DNA of 64,000 nt, taken from an uncultured Candidatus Kuenenia sp. GTDB lineage: Bacteria > Planctomycetota > UBA11346. The stretch is taken from positions 1,046-65,045 of the forward strand of contig CAZZJC010000025.1 of the NCBI GenBank assembly GCA_964654285.1. The letters are read 5' to 3'. Each line of letters starts with the position of its first letter. Positions within the stretch are counted from its first letter, which is position 1. Below, in pieces: positions 41,136-52,840 of the stretch. The notes under the pieces are model-generated. The model saw nothing but the letters and a program-made list of their open reading frames with translations. It ran no database searches and was not told where the DNA came from. The position numbers and the translations under genes were made by a program.

Positions 41136-42623
41136 CTATTTCACCGCGAGCAGCGTCGCCCCGGCCCAGCCGGGCCAGAGGATCAGCACGACCACAGCCA
41201 CGGCCGCGCCGGCAAGGGTCCAGCGGGCGAGGAGGTCGTCGCCTGGTTCCGGTGCAGGCTTGGCATCGCCGCTCCAGAGCCGGGCGAGCAGGCCGAGGTA
41301 GAATGCGGCGCCGACCAGGGCCGCGACCAGGGCGATGCCGGCGATCCAGATCCAGGATTTCGCCACCAGGCCGGCGAGGACGAGGAACTTGCCGAGGAAG
41401 CCCAGGGAGGGGGGCAGGCCGGCGAAGCTGGCGACGAACACGGTCAGGACCAGGCCGTGGAAAGGTCTGCTGCGGCCGAGGCCGGTCAGGCGCCTGAGGT
41501 CGTCGCCGTCATCCTCGGGCCCGGCCAGGGCGGTGATCGCGGTCATCGCGCCGGCAGTGGCCAGGGCGTAGCCGCCGAGGTAGATCCACAGGCCGGCCAA
41601 GTCGAGTCCGCCCCCCACCGAGGGCAAGGCCAGGGCGAGCAGCATGTAGCCGGCATTGGCCACCGAGCTGAAGGCGATCAGCCGGCGCACCGAGGTCTGC
41701 CGCAGGGCGCTGAACGTCCCGATGATCAGGCTGAGCAGGGCGGCGACGAGCAGCACCGAATTGAGCGGTTGCAGGGCGGCGAGGGCCTCGGCGCTGGGCG
41801 CGAGGGCGGTGTCGAGCCGCAGCGGCGCGCCGCTGATCGGCGTGCCGGACAGGGCGGCGGCAAGATTGAGCCACACCGCGCCCAGGGCGGCGAAGCCGCC
41901 GACCTTGATCACCGCGCCCATGAAGCCGGTGACCGCGATCGGAGCGCCGGTGTAGGCGTCCGGCGACCAGAAATGGAAGGGTACCGCGCCGACCTTGAAG
42001 AGCAGCGCGATGACGATGAGGCCGTGGCCGACCAGATGCAGCCCGCTGCGGCCCGGCAGGGGGGCGGCGCCGAAGGCCGTGGCCCCGGTGGCGCCATAGA
42101 CCAGGGCGGTGCCGTAAAGGAAGACCGCGCTGAAGACCGCGCCCATGACGAAGTACTTGAGCAGGCCCTCGTTCGATTCCGTGCGGTTGCGCCGCAGACC
42201 GACGCAGGCGTAGACCGCGAGGCTGGTGATCTCCAGCGCCACGAAGAGCGCGAGCGCATCCGTCGCCATCACCATCAGCAGCGCGCCAGCGGTGGCGAAC
42301 AGGAACAGCGCATGCGGTTCGCCGCCGGGGAAGCGGTCGCGCGACAGGCTGGATTGCAGGCCTGCGCCCGCGATGAGGGCGGCGGCGAGCACCGCGAGGC
42401 CGAGCCAGCGACGGGCGGGATCGAGGGCGAAGCTGCCGTACAGGTGGCCGTTGCTGGCCAGCGCAAGGGCGGTGCCTGCGGCGAGGATCGTGGCTGCGGC
42501 GATCCAGGGTAGCCAGGCGTGCTTCGCCCGGGTGCCGAGGAAGGGTTCGGCTGCCAAGGTGACGCAGGCCCCGGCAAGGACCAGGATCGCGGGCAGGAGC
42601 AGCAGGAGGTCGGCGGGGGGCAT
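41136..42623 (-). CDS. nuoN: NADH-quinone oxidoreductase subunit N
   Basis: 495 aa from ATG 42623. Antiporter-like polytopic protein in the terminal nuo position. The upstream ORF extension is rejected. Confidence 0.88.
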   Translation of the reverse strand: MPPADLLLLLPAILVLAGACVTLAAEPFLGTRAKHAWLPWIAAATILAAGTALALASNGHLYGSFALDPARRWLGLAVLAAALIAGAGLQSSLSRDRFPGGEPHALFLFATAGALLMVMATDALALFVALEITSLAVYACVGLRRNRTESNEGLLKYFVMGAVFSAVFLYGTALVYGATGATAFGAAPLPGRSGLHLVGHGLIVIALLFKVGAVPFHFWSPDAYTGAPIAVTGFMGAVIKVGGFAALGAVWLNLAAALSGTPISGAPLRLDTALAPSAEALAALQPLNSVLLVAALLSLIIGTFSALRQTSVRRLIAFSSVANAGYMLLALALPSVGGGLDLAGLWIYLGGYALATAGAMTAITALAGPEDDGDDLRRLTGLGRSRPFHGLVLTVFVASFAGLPPSLGFLGKFLVLAGLVAKSWIWIAGIALVAALVGAAFYLGLLARLWSGDAKPAPEPGDDLLARWTLAGAAVAVVVLILWPGWAGATLLAVK

Positions 42624-42627
42624 CAGC

Positions 42628-44250
42628 TCACCGGACGGTTGGGCAGCAGGGCGATGGGGCGGAGGAGGCGGGGGCGGCGGAGGCGGGAGCGTTGGAGGGC
42701 AGGACGACCGCCGGAGGGCGCACCGGGATCGGCCCCGAATCGGATTTTGTGGGCCCAGGATGCCTGGCGCATAAGGCATCGGCCGCGCAGGCCGTCGCCA
42801 CCGGTCCGGCGCTGGACGCGACCGGGGCGGGCCAGAAGCCGAGCACGAGCGAAGCCAGCAGCAGCGGCGCGACCGCGAGCGCCTCGGCCGGACTGGCGTC
42901 GACCAGGCGCGCATCGTTCGCCAGTCCTTTCGGCTGGCGGCCATAGAACCAGCGTTGGACGAGGATCAGCATGTAGGCCGCGCCGAGGATGACCGGCAGG
43001 CCGGCGACCGCCGCAATCCACGGGCTGGTCTTCCAGATTCCGGCGAGGATCTGGAACTCGCCGATGAAGTTGAGCGTGCCCGGCATCGCCGCCGAGGCGA
43101 GCGCGGCGACGACGAAGAGGATGGCCAGGATCGGGGTGCGGTTCGCCAGGCCGCCGAAGTCGTCGACCCCGCAGTTGCCGGTGCGCGATTCCAGGCAGCC
43201 CGCGAGCAGGAACAGCGCGGCCACCGACAGGCCGTGCGCGACCATCAGCACCACCACCCCGGTCAGCGCCGCCGGCTGGAAGGTGAAGACGCCGATCACC
43301 GCCAGGCCGAGATGGCTGAGGCTCGAGAATGCGAGCAGCTTCTTGGCGTCATCCTGCGCCAGGGCGACCAGCGCCCCGCCCACCGTGGCGATGAGTCCGA
43401 GGATGATGAACAGGGTCGCGTAGTCGGCGCTCAGGGCCGGGAAGAACGGCAGCACGAAGCGGATCAGGCCATAGACGCCGAGCTTGGCCATGGCCCCGGC
43501 TAGCAGGACGACGCCGGCGCCAGGGGTTTCCGCGTACATCCGCGCCTGCCAGCCATGCAGGGGCGGCAGCGGCACCTTCACCGCGAAGGCGAGGACGAAG
43601 GCGAGGAACAGCAGGCCCTGCTCCTGGGCGCCAAGCTTGCCGATCGCCGCCGGCAGCAGGGCGATCTCGAGGGTGCCGGTGGCGCGCGCGATCCACCAGA
43701 TCGCGAGCAGCAGCGGCAGCGAGCCGGCCATGGTGTAGAGCACGAAGCTCAGCGCCGCCCCCCGGCGGTCGGCCCCACCGAACATCCAGGTGATCAGCAC
43801 CATCGGGATGAGCATGCCTTCGAAGCAAAGATAGAAGACCACAAGATCGCTGGCGAGAAGCGCGCCGAGCATGAGCGCCTCCATCGCCAGGACGCAGACC
43901 GCGAAGTCGCGCATGCGATCCTTCACCGCTCCGCCCGCGCCCAGCAGCGCGACCGGGGTCAGCCAGACCACCAGCATCGCCAGCCAGGCGTTGAGACCAT
44001 CGGCGGAGAACGCCAGGCGCACCACCGCATCGCCGCCCGGTACGCGGAACCAGGCCCAGGCGGCTTCCGGCACGCTGCCGCCGGCCAGGGCCGGCCACAG
44101 GCCCCAGGTGGCGAGCACCGCGATCGCGGTCGACAGGAACACGCTGAAGCGACGGGCGGTGCCGGCCTGGGAGCCGGTCTCGCTGCCGGCGGTGAACGTG
44201 GTGGCCACGGCGGCGAGGGCGGGAGCGGCGAGGAGGACGAAGGGGCTCAT
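42628..44250 (-). CDS. nuoM: NADH-quinone oxidoreductase subunit M
   Basis: 540 aa. Antiporter-like subunit (AFAVKVPLPPLHGWQ...AGAMAKLGVYGLIRF). Confidence 0.9.
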   Translation of the reverse strand: MSPFVLLAAPALAAVATTFTAGSETGSQAGTARRFSVFLSTAIAVLATWGLWPALAGGSVPEAAWAWFRVPGGDAVVRLAFSADGLNAWLAMLVVWLTPVALLGAGGAVKDRMRDFAVCVLAMEALMLGALLASDLVVFYLCFEGMLIPMVLITWMFGGADRRGAALSFVLYTMAGSLPLLLAIWWIARATGTLEIALLPAAIGKLGAQEQGLLFLAFVLAFAVKVPLPPLHGWQARMYAETPGAGVVLLAGAMAKLGVYGLIRFVLPFFPALSADYATLFIILGLIATVGGALVALAQDDAKKLLAFSSLSHLGLAVIGVFTFQPAALTGVVVLMVAHGLSVAALFLLAGCLESRTGNCGVDDFGGLANRTPILAILFVVAALASAAMPGTLNFIGEFQILAGIWKTSPWIAAVAGLPVILGAAYMLILVQRWFYGRQPKGLANDARLVDASPAEALAVAPLLLASLVLGFWPAPVASSAGPVATACAADALCARHPGPTKSDSGPIPVRPPAVVLPSNAPASAAPASSAPSPCCPTVR

Positions 44251-44261
44251 CGGGGCTCAGC

Positions 44262-46232
44262 TCACTTCAGGTGGAAGAACAGCACGGCGAGGATGGCGAC
44301 CACCCCAGCGAGCGAGAGGGTCAACTGGCTGCGCAGGCGCGACCGCTGGAGCGAGACGTAGCCGTCGGCCAGGAAGCGGGCCGTTCCGCCAGCGGCGGGA
44401 CCGACCAGCGGCAGCAGCGTCAATCCATAGGCGATCATGCTGATCAGGCGCACGGGCAGCACGACGCCAAGATCGTACACCCGGTCGAAGGCGTAGGTCC
44501 ACGCGCCGCCGAAACCGGTCGGAGCGGTGTCGCTGCCATGCGCGGGCACCGCCGCGCTCTGGGGCCGGGTCCAGCGCAGCCAGGCCCACAAACCGCCGGT
44601 GATCGCGGTCAGGGTGCCCATGATCGCGACCACGTAGGCGAGGGTGTGGTTCTCGTCGTGGTCGATATGGAGCCTGACCCGTGCGAGATGCTCGCCGCCG
44701 CCGAGCACGCCGGAGAGGTAGTGTTGGAACCATGCGGCCTGCTCGCCGAAGATGCCCATCCACAGGCAGCCGGCGACGGCGCTGCCGATGGCCAGGATGG
44801 CAAGACTGATCCCCATGGTGATCGGCAGGGCGTGCAGGTCGCCGGCGTGGCGTTCGACCCGAGGCTGGCCCTTGAAGGTGAGCACCAGCATGCGGGTCAT
44901 GTAGATGGCGGTGATCAGCGCGGTGAACACCGCGATGACGCCGACCGCCATGGTCAGCGGATTGCCGGCGAACAGACGCTCCAGGATCAGGTCCTTGGAC
45001 CAGAAGCCGGCGAACGGCGGCAGCCCGATGATCGCCCACCAGCCGATGAGCATCACGATCCAGGTGAACGGCATCAGCTTCGCCAGGCCGCCCATGCGGC
45101 GCATGTCCTGCTCGTGGCCGAGACCGTGGATGACCGCGCCCGACCCCAGGAACAACGTGGCCTTGAAGAAGGCATGGGTGAAGACGTGGAAGATCGCCAC
45201 GGTGTAGGCGCCGCAACCGATCGCCATGAACATGAAGCCGAGCTGGCTCACGGTCGAGTAGGCCAGGGCCTTCTTGATGTCGTGCTGGAACAATCCGGCC
45301 ACCGCGCCGAAGACTGCGGTCAGGCAGCCGACCACCAGGATGACGCTGAGCACGTCCGGGCAGGCGCCGAAGGCGGGGCCGAGGCGGGCGACCAGGTACA
45401 CGCCCGAGGTCACCATGGTCGCGGCGTGGATCAGCGCCGAGACCGGGGTCGGACCCGCCATCGCATCCGGCAGCCAGGTCAGCAGGGGAATCTGCGCGCT
45501 CTTGCCGGTGCAGCCGAGGAACAGCAGCAGACAGGCGGCGGCGAGGGTCGAACCACCGAGCTGGCCGCCGAGCGCGGCCTGGTTGATGCCGACGTAATCC
45601 AGGTGGCCGCAGGCCCAGACCAGGATGAACGCGCCGAGCAGGAAGCCCAGGTCGCCGATGCGGTTCATCACGAACGCCTTGCGCGCCGCGTCGTTGTAGT
45701 CGTCGTTCTGATGCCAGAAGCCGATCAGCAGGTAGGAGCACAGGCCGACGCCTTCCCAGCCGAGGAAGGTCACCACCAGCCCGTCGCCGAGGACGAGGGT
45801 GATCATCGCGAACATGAACAGGTTGAGGTAGGCCATGAAGCGGGCGAAGCCCCGGTCATGCGCCATGTAGCCGATGGAATAGAGGTGGATGAGCGTGCCG
45901 ATGCCGGTGACGAAGAGCAGCATCACCGCGGTCAGGCGGTCGAAGGCGAAGCCGAGCCGGATCGGCACGTCGCCGACCTGGAACCAGGTCCACAGCGACT
46001 GGCTGAGCATCGCCGAGCCGTGCGCATCCTTGGGCGCGTGTTCAAGGGCGAAGGTGCAGATCAGAACCAGGACGAAACTCAGCGCCGGGGCGGCCACGGC
46101 GAGGAACCCGACGATGCCCCGGTTCGGGCCGTCGCTGGTGCGCGACGCCGCCAGCGCCAGGAAGCCGTTGAACACGGCGCCGAGCAACGGCAGGACGGGG
46201 ATGAGCCAGAGCAGATGGGCAGCGGCCGGCAT
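44262..46232 (-). CDS. nuoL: NADH-quinone oxidoreductase subunit L
   Basis: 656 aa. GKSAQIPLLTWLPDAMAGPTPVSALIHAATMVTSGVY is the NuoL/ND5 signature. Confidence 0.92.
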   Translation of the reverse strand: MPAAAHLLWLIPVLPLLGAVFNGFLALAASRTSDGPNRGIVGFLAVAAPALSFVLVLICTFALEHAPKDAHGSAMLSQSLWTWFQVGDVPIRLGFAFDRLTAVMLLFVTGIGTLIHLYSIGYMAHDRGFARFMAYLNLFMFAMITLVLGDGLVVTFLGWEGVGLCSYLLIGFWHQNDDYNDAARKAFVMNRIGDLGFLLGAFILVWACGHLDYVGINQAALGGQLGGSTLAAACLLLFLGCTGKSAQIPLLTWLPDAMAGPTPVSALIHAATMVTSGVYLVARLGPAFGACPDVLSVILVVGCLTAVFGAVAGLFQHDIKKALAYSTVSQLGFMFMAIGCGAYTVAIFHVFTHAFFKATLFLGSGAVIHGLGHEQDMRRMGGLAKLMPFTWIVMLIGWWAIIGLPPFAGFWSKDLILERLFAGNPLTMAVGVIAVFTALITAIYMTRMLVLTFKGQPRVERHAGDLHALPITMGISLAILAIGSAVAGCLWMGIFGEQAAWFQHYLSGVLGGGEHLARVRLHIDHDENHTLAYVVAIMGTLTAITGGLWAWLRWTRPQSAAVPAHGSDTAPTGFGGAWTYAFDRVYDLGVVLPVRLISMIAYGLTLLPLVGPAAGGTARFLADGYVSLQRSRLRSQLTLSLAGVVAILAVLFFHLK

Positions 46233-46236
46233 CGGC

Positions 46237-46551
46237 TTATTCCTTCATCGACGCGTAGGCGTCGGCATCGGCATCGTCGCGCCGGCGGGTGATGCAGATC
46301 ACCATCGCCAGGCCGACGCAGGCCTCGGCGGCGGCGACCGCGATGGTGAAGACCGGCACCAGGCTGCCGATCAGGCTGGCGTCGCCGGGCAGGGTGCGCG
46401 CGAAACCGACCAGGCTGAGGTTCACCGCGTTGAGCATCAGTTCGACGCCCATCAGGATGATGAAGAGGTTGCGCCGGAGCAGCGCCGCCGCGAGGCCGAT
46501 GGCGAAGATCGCGGCGGCCAGCGCCTGGATGGCGACGGGATCAATGCCCAT
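46237..46551 (-). CDS. nuoK: NADH-quinone oxidoreductase subunit K
   Basis: 104 aa from ATG 46551 (11-nt overlap with the nuoJ end). LMGVELMLNAVNL and AAAEACVGLA motifs. Confidence 0.9.
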   Translation of the reverse strand: MGIDPVAIQALAAAIFAIGLAAALLRRNLFIILMGVELMLNAVNLSLVGFARTLPGDASLIGSLVPVFTIAVAAAEACVGLAMVICITRRRDDADADAYASMKE

Positions 46552-47164
46552 GATGCGCGTCCTTTCCGTGCTGGCCGGCCGGTGCGGCCGAACTGCCTGC
46601 CGCGTCGCCAGCCGGATGGTCGGTGCCGCCCGCCTCGGCATCGAGCCGGCGCTTGGCGAGCAGCACCGCACCCACCACCGCGACCAGGAGCAGCACGCCG
46701 ACGAGTTCGAACAGGATGAAATAGCCTTTGCCGGGGGCGAACAGCGCGGTCGCGACCGGTTCGACCCCCGCGCGCACGGCGGCGGCGTCCGGTGCGAGGG
46801 CGGCGTGGTCGTGGCGCACCGTGGCCACGGCGAGCAGCCCGACCAGCACCGGCAGGGAGGCGCCGATCAGCGACAGCTTGTCGAAGCGCGGCAGGACGTG
46901 GTCGCGGGCCTGGTTCAGCACCATGATCACGAACAGCACCAGCATCATCACCGCGCCGGCATAGACGAGCACCTGCAGGACGGCCAGGAAGGGGCTGGCG
47001 AGCAGGGCGTAGATGCCGGCGAGGCTGAGCATGGTGCCGATGAGGCAGATCGCGGCGTTGAGCGGATGGCGGCCGAAGAGGATGCCGAAGGCGCACAGCA
47101 CGGCGGCGGCGGCGAAGCCCCAGAAGTAGATCGCGCCAAGGATGTGGTCGAGAGAGTGCAGCAT
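46541..47164 (-). CDS. nuoJ: NADH-quinone oxidoreductase subunit J
   Basis: 207 aa from ATG 47164. LQVLVYAGAVMMLVLFVIM is a NuoJ motif. His-rich tail. Confidence 0.88.
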   Translation of the reverse strand: MLHSLDHILGAIYFWGFAAAAVLCAFGILFGRHPLNAAICLIGTMLSLAGIYALLASPFLAVLQVLVYAGAVMMLVLFVIMVLNQARDHVLPRFDKLSLIGASLPVLVGLLAVATVRHDHAALAPDAAAVRAGVEPVATALFAPGKGYFILFELVGVLLLVAVVGAVLLAKRRLDAEAGGTDHPAGDAAGSSAAPAGQHGKDAHHGH

Positions 47165-47166
47165 GG

Positions 47167-47775
47167 TCAGTGCCCCTGCCCGTGGCCGGCAGCGGTCGCG
47201 CCAGCCCTGGTTCCGCCATGCAGTTCCGCCAGCGCCTGGGCATTCAGCGTGCCTCCCGGCGCCTTCTGGCTCTGGGTGTCGTCGGCCGGGTAGTCGCTGG
47301 GTTTCCAGTCCATCAGCTTCGCCTTGTCGATCACGAAGTCGGCGCGGTTGTCGCCGACCAGGACGCCGATCTTGGTGTCCATGCGGATGGCGTCGCAGGG
47401 GCAGGCTTCGACGCAGTAGCCGCAGAACACGCACAGCAGGAGGTCGATCTCGAACTTCGCCGGGCGCTTCTCGATGTTCGCGTCCGGCGATTCCTCGGCC
47501 ACGATGTTGATGCAGCGTGCCGGGCAGGCGGTCGAGCACATGTAGCACGCGACGCAGCGCGGGCTGCCGTCGGCCCGCTGCATCAGGCGGTGGCGGGCGC
47601 GGTAGTCGCGCGGCAGGTCGTGGATCTCTTCCGGGTACGAGGTGGTCGGGAAGTGGCCCGGGTCGGTCAGGCTCTGGAAGAGGTGCCCGAAGGTCGTGCG
47701 CAGGCCCTTCATGATCTCGATGACGTAGATCTGCTCCCAGAGACCGGTTTCCGGGCGGGGGATGGTCTTGGCCAT
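47167..47775 (-). CDS. nuoI: NADH-quinone oxidoreductase subunit I
   Basis: 202 aa. Two 4Fe-4S ferredoxin motifs (CVACYMCSTACP, CVFCGYCVEACP). Confidence 0.92.
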   Translation of the reverse strand: MAKTIPRPETGLWEQIYVIEIMKGLRTTFGHLFQSLTDPGHFPTTSYPEEIHDLPRDYRARHRLMQRADGSPRCVACYMCSTACPARCINIVAEESPDANIEKRPAKFEIDLLLCVFCGYCVEACPCDAIRMDTKIGVLVGDNRADFVIDKAKLMDWKPSDYPADDTQSQKAPGGTLNAQALAELHGGTRAGATAAGHGQGH

Positions 47776-47780
47776 GACGG

Positions 47781-49190
47781 TCAGACTCCCTTCACGAGCT
47801 TGGCGATCACGGCGGTGATCACGAGGTTCACCAGGGCGACATTGAGCATGACTTTCCAGCCCAGACCCATGATCTGGTCATAGCGGAAGCGCGGTACCGT
47901 CCAGCGCACCCAGACGAACAGTCCGGCGAGCAGCAGCGCCTTGCCGAGCAGGATGTGGATCTGCAGGATGGCGGTGACGATGTTGACGCTGTTGGGCCAG
48001 ATCGCATCGCCGGCCGCGATGGTGCCGCTGACCGGCTGCGGATGCCAGAGCGCCGCCACTGCGATGCCGAGCGCCAGGGCGCCGAGCGCGGCCAGCGTCA
48101 GCACGGTGGCGTAGAACGAGTATTCGCGCACGCGCTGCGCCGTGTCGGTGGAGTTGCGCTTCGCCCAGTGCGCGCGCCGGCCGAGGATCAGCTTGACCGC
48201 GACGAACAGGCCGAGGGCGGTGATGGTGGTGAAGCCGCAGACCACCAGGGGCAGGTTGGCCTTGAGCCACGCCGTGCCGAAACCGGGGATGGGCAGCAGG
48301 TGGTAGCCGCCCAGGAACAGCGTCGCGACCAGGGTCGAGGCGACCAGGATGTGGAAGTACTCGCCCGACATGAAGAGCATGAAGCGGATGCCGGCGTATT
48401 CGGTGTGGAATCCGCCGACGATCTCGGAATCGCCCTCGGTCACGTCGAATGGCGTGCGGCAGGTTTCAGCGAACATCGAGACCAGGAAGAGCAGGAAGCC
48501 GACCGGCTGGACCACGATGCCCCAGGTGTGATTCGCCTGCCATTCCACGACCTCGGTCAGGCTGAAGCTGCCGACGATGAGGAGCATGCCGAGGATCGCG
48601 AGACCCATGCTGACCTCGTACGAGATCAGCATCGCCGAGGCGCGCATGCCGCCGAGCAGGCTGTACTTCGAGTTCGACGCCCAGGATCCCAGGACGATGC
48701 CGTAGACCGACAGCGACGACAGGGCGAACAGCAGCAGGATGCCGACCTCGGGGGCGAAGATCTGGCCCGACACCGTCTGGCCATAGGCGGTGGTGAACGG
48801 CGCGAACCACGGCAGCACGGCGGTGGCCAGGATGCCGATCACCACCGGGATTATGGGCGCGATCAGGTACCATGGCTTGTTCGCGAACGGCGGGACGAAG
48901 TCCTCCTTGAACAGCCCTTTCACGATGTCGGTGAGGTTGTAGATCAGGCCGAAGGCGCGCAGGCGCAGGCCACCGGCCTCGCCGGTGAAGACGCCCTTCA
49001 CGCTGGACAATTGCAGGTGCAGGCCGGCCCGGTGCGGCCCGATGCGGTCCTGGATGAAGGCGGCGCCGCGGCGTTCCATCACCACCACCAGCGGCAGCAG
49101 CTGGAAGACGATCAGCGGCATCGTGATCGGCAGCAGGATCGCGACGATCTGCGCCAGGTGCGCGCTGGCCCAGGTGAGGCAGCAATCCAT
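47781..49190 (-). CDS. nuoH: NADH-quinone oxidoreductase subunit H (enlarged)
   Basis: 469 aa. MERRGAAFIQDRIGPHRAG, TPFDVTEGDSEIVGGFHTEYAG and RWTVPRFRYDQIMGLGWK motifs. About 110 extra residues with hydrophobic helices precede the last motif. Confidence 0.9.
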   Translation of the reverse strand: MDCCLTWASAHLAQIVAILLPITMPLIVFQLLPLVVVMERRGAAFIQDRIGPHRAGLHLQLSSVKGVFTGEAGGLRLRAFGLIYNLTDIVKGLFKEDFVPPFANKPWYLIAPIIPVVIGILATAVLPWFAPFTTAYGQTVSGQIFAPEVGILLLFALSSLSVYGIVLGSWASNSKYSLLGGMRASAMLISYEVSMGLAILGMLLIVGSFSLTEVVEWQANHTWGIVVQPVGFLLFLVSMFAETCRTPFDVTEGDSEIVGGFHTEYAGIRFMLFMSGEYFHILVASTLVATLFLGGYHLLPIPGFGTAWLKANLPLVVCGFTTITALGLFVAVKLILGRRAHWAKRNSTDTAQRVREYSFYATVLTLAALGALALGIAVAALWHPQPVSGTIAAGDAIWPNSVNIVTAILQIHILLGKALLLAGLFVWVRWTVPRFRYDQIMGLGWKVMLNVALVNLVITAVIAKLVKGV

Positions 49191-49191
49191 G

Positions 49192-50817
49192 TCAGGCGCC
49201 TCCTGCGGTGGCGACGGCGGCGGGCAGGTTCGCGCCCTCGGGGCCGATCGCGCGGTAGCTCAGCCCCGCCAGGCGCGGACTGCGCTTGGCGGCGGCGGCG
49301 AAGGCGGCGGTTTCACCGGTCCAGCCCAGGGAGCCAAGATCCGACACGATGCGCCATGCCGGTTCCAGGTCCGGGCTGGGCAGCACCGGCACCGCCTGCA
49401 TGAGCTGGATCCTATCCTTCCAGTTCACCATCGTGCCACGCACCTCGGCCCAGGCGCGGATGCCGATCGCGATGGTGGCCGCGCGCACGGTCGCATCCTG
49501 CCAGGGGGCCAGGGCGATGCGGGTCGGGATGGCGTTGAGCCTGGCCGCCTTCGCCGCATCCGCGCCCCACAGGTCGTGGCCGAGGGTGAGCAGCACGTCG
49601 AATTCGCCCGTTCGCGCGAGGAGGGTGTCCAGATTGTCGGCGAGACCGAGCAGCGTGAGCCCGGCCCGGTTGGCGACCGGATCGCCGCTGAGCGCGATGC
49701 CGTCCGGCTTGCCGACCGGCAGCCAGGAACCGCTGAAGACTTCAGCCTTGCCGGCGAGGGCGTCGGCGAGCGCGAGCAATGCCGCGTTGTCCTCAAGCGT
49801 CTGATGTCCCGAGGCGACCAGCGCGATGCGCTTGGCGCCGGCGAGCGCCGCCTTCGCCACCGCAAGCGCCTCGGCCAGGGTCGTATCCCGGCCCGCGACG
49901 CGGCCATCGGTCAGGCGGTTCACCGCGAGTTCACGGTAGAGCAGCCGGGTGCGGTTGGAGATCCAGCTCTTGTTGACCTCGGGGTTCCGGCGCGGCATCA
50001 GGCGCCAGATCTTGCCGCCTTCCCCGTTGATGTTGTAGTCGATGGTCAGGTTGGCGCCCAGGGCGTCGCTGGGATCGATGCTGTCCACGCTCTTGAGGTT
50101 CCAGACCCGCTGCTGGAAGCGGAAGTGGTCGCCGGTCAAGGCGCCCACCGGGCAGATGTCGGTGGTGCAGAGATCGTAGGGATGGTCGAGCGGCTTGCCG
50201 GGGAAGGTCGTGATGTAGGCATGGTCGCCGCGCCCGGCGAGGGCGAGCTGGCTGTCCTTGGCCACCTCGTCCATGAAGCGGACGCAGCGCGAGCAGGCGA
50301 TGCAGCGTTCCTGGTCGAGCACCACGGTCGGTCCGAGGTCGATCGCCTTGCCGCCGCGCTCCTGGCCCTTGCCGTCGATGAAGCGGTGGTCGGCGCCGCC
50401 CTTGTACTGCTTGCCGGCCTCATCCGGCAGCCGGCTCTCATGCCGGCCCTGCCCCATGTAGTGTTCCTGCAGGGTGCATTCGCCCGCCTTGTCGCAGATC
50501 GGGCAGTCGAGCGGATGATTGACGAGCAGGAACTCCATCACGCCCTTGCGCGCGAGACGGACGTTGTCCGAGGTCGCCGGCGTGCGGACCTCCATGCCCG
50601 GTGCGACCTGCATGTGGCACGAGATGCCGAAGGCGAAGCCGCGCGGACCCTTCACCTCGACCATGCAGATGCGGCAATTGCCGGCCACGCTGAGGTCGGG
50701 GTGGTAGCAGAACGCCGGCGTGTCGATGCCGTTGGCGCGCAGCGCCTCGATGAGTTGCTGCTTCGGTCTGACCTGAAGCGCGCGGCCATCGACGGTGATG
50801 GTGATGAGATCGGTCAT
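49192..50817 (-). CDS. nuoG: NADH-quinone oxidoreductase subunit G (short form)
   Basis: 541 aa from ATG 50817 (ATGA overlap). N-terminal 2Fe-2S/4Fe-4S motifs (CYHPDLSVAGNCRICMVEV, HPLDCPICDKAGEC, CIACSRCVRF). Confidence 0.9.
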   Translation of the reverse strand: MTDLITITVDGRALQVRPKQQLIEALRANGIDTPAFCYHPDLSVAGNCRICMVEVKGPRGFAFGISCHMQVAPGMEVRTPATSDNVRLARKGVMEFLLVNHPLDCPICDKAGECTLQEHYMGQGRHESRLPDEAGKQYKGGADHRFIDGKGQERGGKAIDLGPTVVLDQERCIACSRCVRFMDEVAKDSQLALAGRGDHAYITTFPGKPLDHPYDLCTTDICPVGALTGDHFRFQQRVWNLKSVDSIDPSDALGANLTIDYNINGEGGKIWRLMPRRNPEVNKSWISNRTRLLYRELAVNRLTDGRVAGRDTTLAEALAVAKAALAGAKRIALVASGHQTLEDNAALLALADALAGKAEVFSGSWLPVGKPDGIALSGDPVANRAGLTLLGLADNLDTLLARTGEFDVLLTLGHDLWGADAAKAARLNAIPTRIALAPWQDATVRAATIAIGIRAWAEVRGTMVNWKDRIQLMQAVPVLPSPDLEPAWRIVSDLGSLGWTGETAAFAAAAKRSPRLAGLSYRAIGPEGANLPAAVATAGGA

Positions 50818-51499
50818 GCGGGGTTGGGCCGGGCTGCGGCAGAGGGCAGGATGGCGATCGCGGTCCGGGCGACCTGTCCCAGGACGATGGGGAAGATGAT
50901 CACAAGCGGGATGTAGACCAGGATTCCGAGATAGGGGATGAATGAGACCACCAGGCAGACGCATAATGCGGTGAACAGTCCGACGCTGACCCGGGCCGTC
51001 ACTCCGCAGTCCTTGGCGGTCCGGTTGAGTTCGACCGCCAGGCCGCGATAGGCGACGAATACCCAGTAGAAATTGAAGAGGGGAATGAAGATGAATCCCA
51101 CGGCCTTGCCTGGGGTGGAGGCGACGCCCTTGCGCTGGACCAGGGTCCAGGCGCGATACAGCAGGATCATCTGGAATACCACCGAGGTGATCCACAAACC
51201 TGAACCGATGAGGGTCAGGATCATCGCGATAAACATCTGGATGAGCAGTCCGGCCGGAAGATCCGGGTTCACCCGCGCATGACCGGACTGTCCAAAGGTT
51301 TTGAACATGCTGAAGAATACGACGAAATAGAGAGCAAGGCCGAGGATCATCACGATGTTGCCCGGCCAGTGGAACCAGGTGAACAGCTTCAGGTTCGACC
51401 GCAACTGCTCTGCCGTCCAGGGAATGGCAGGAGGACGCCATTCGCCGGTCGTATCGACGACGGCGGGAGGGGCGAATACATTGTCCGGAGGCTGGCCGC

Positions 51500-51503
<4 letters not shown>
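50814..51503 (-). CDS. Unknown polytopic membrane protein inserted between nuoF and nuoG
   Basis: 229 aa if the GTG at 51503 is used (GTGA overlap with the nuoF stop); an alternative ATG lies at 51350. 4-5 hydrophobic helices. Visibly lower G+C than its neighbours. Its stop overlaps the nuoG start. Confidence 0.6.
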
Positions 51504-52836
<1,333 letters not shown>

Positions 52837-52840
<4 letters not shown>
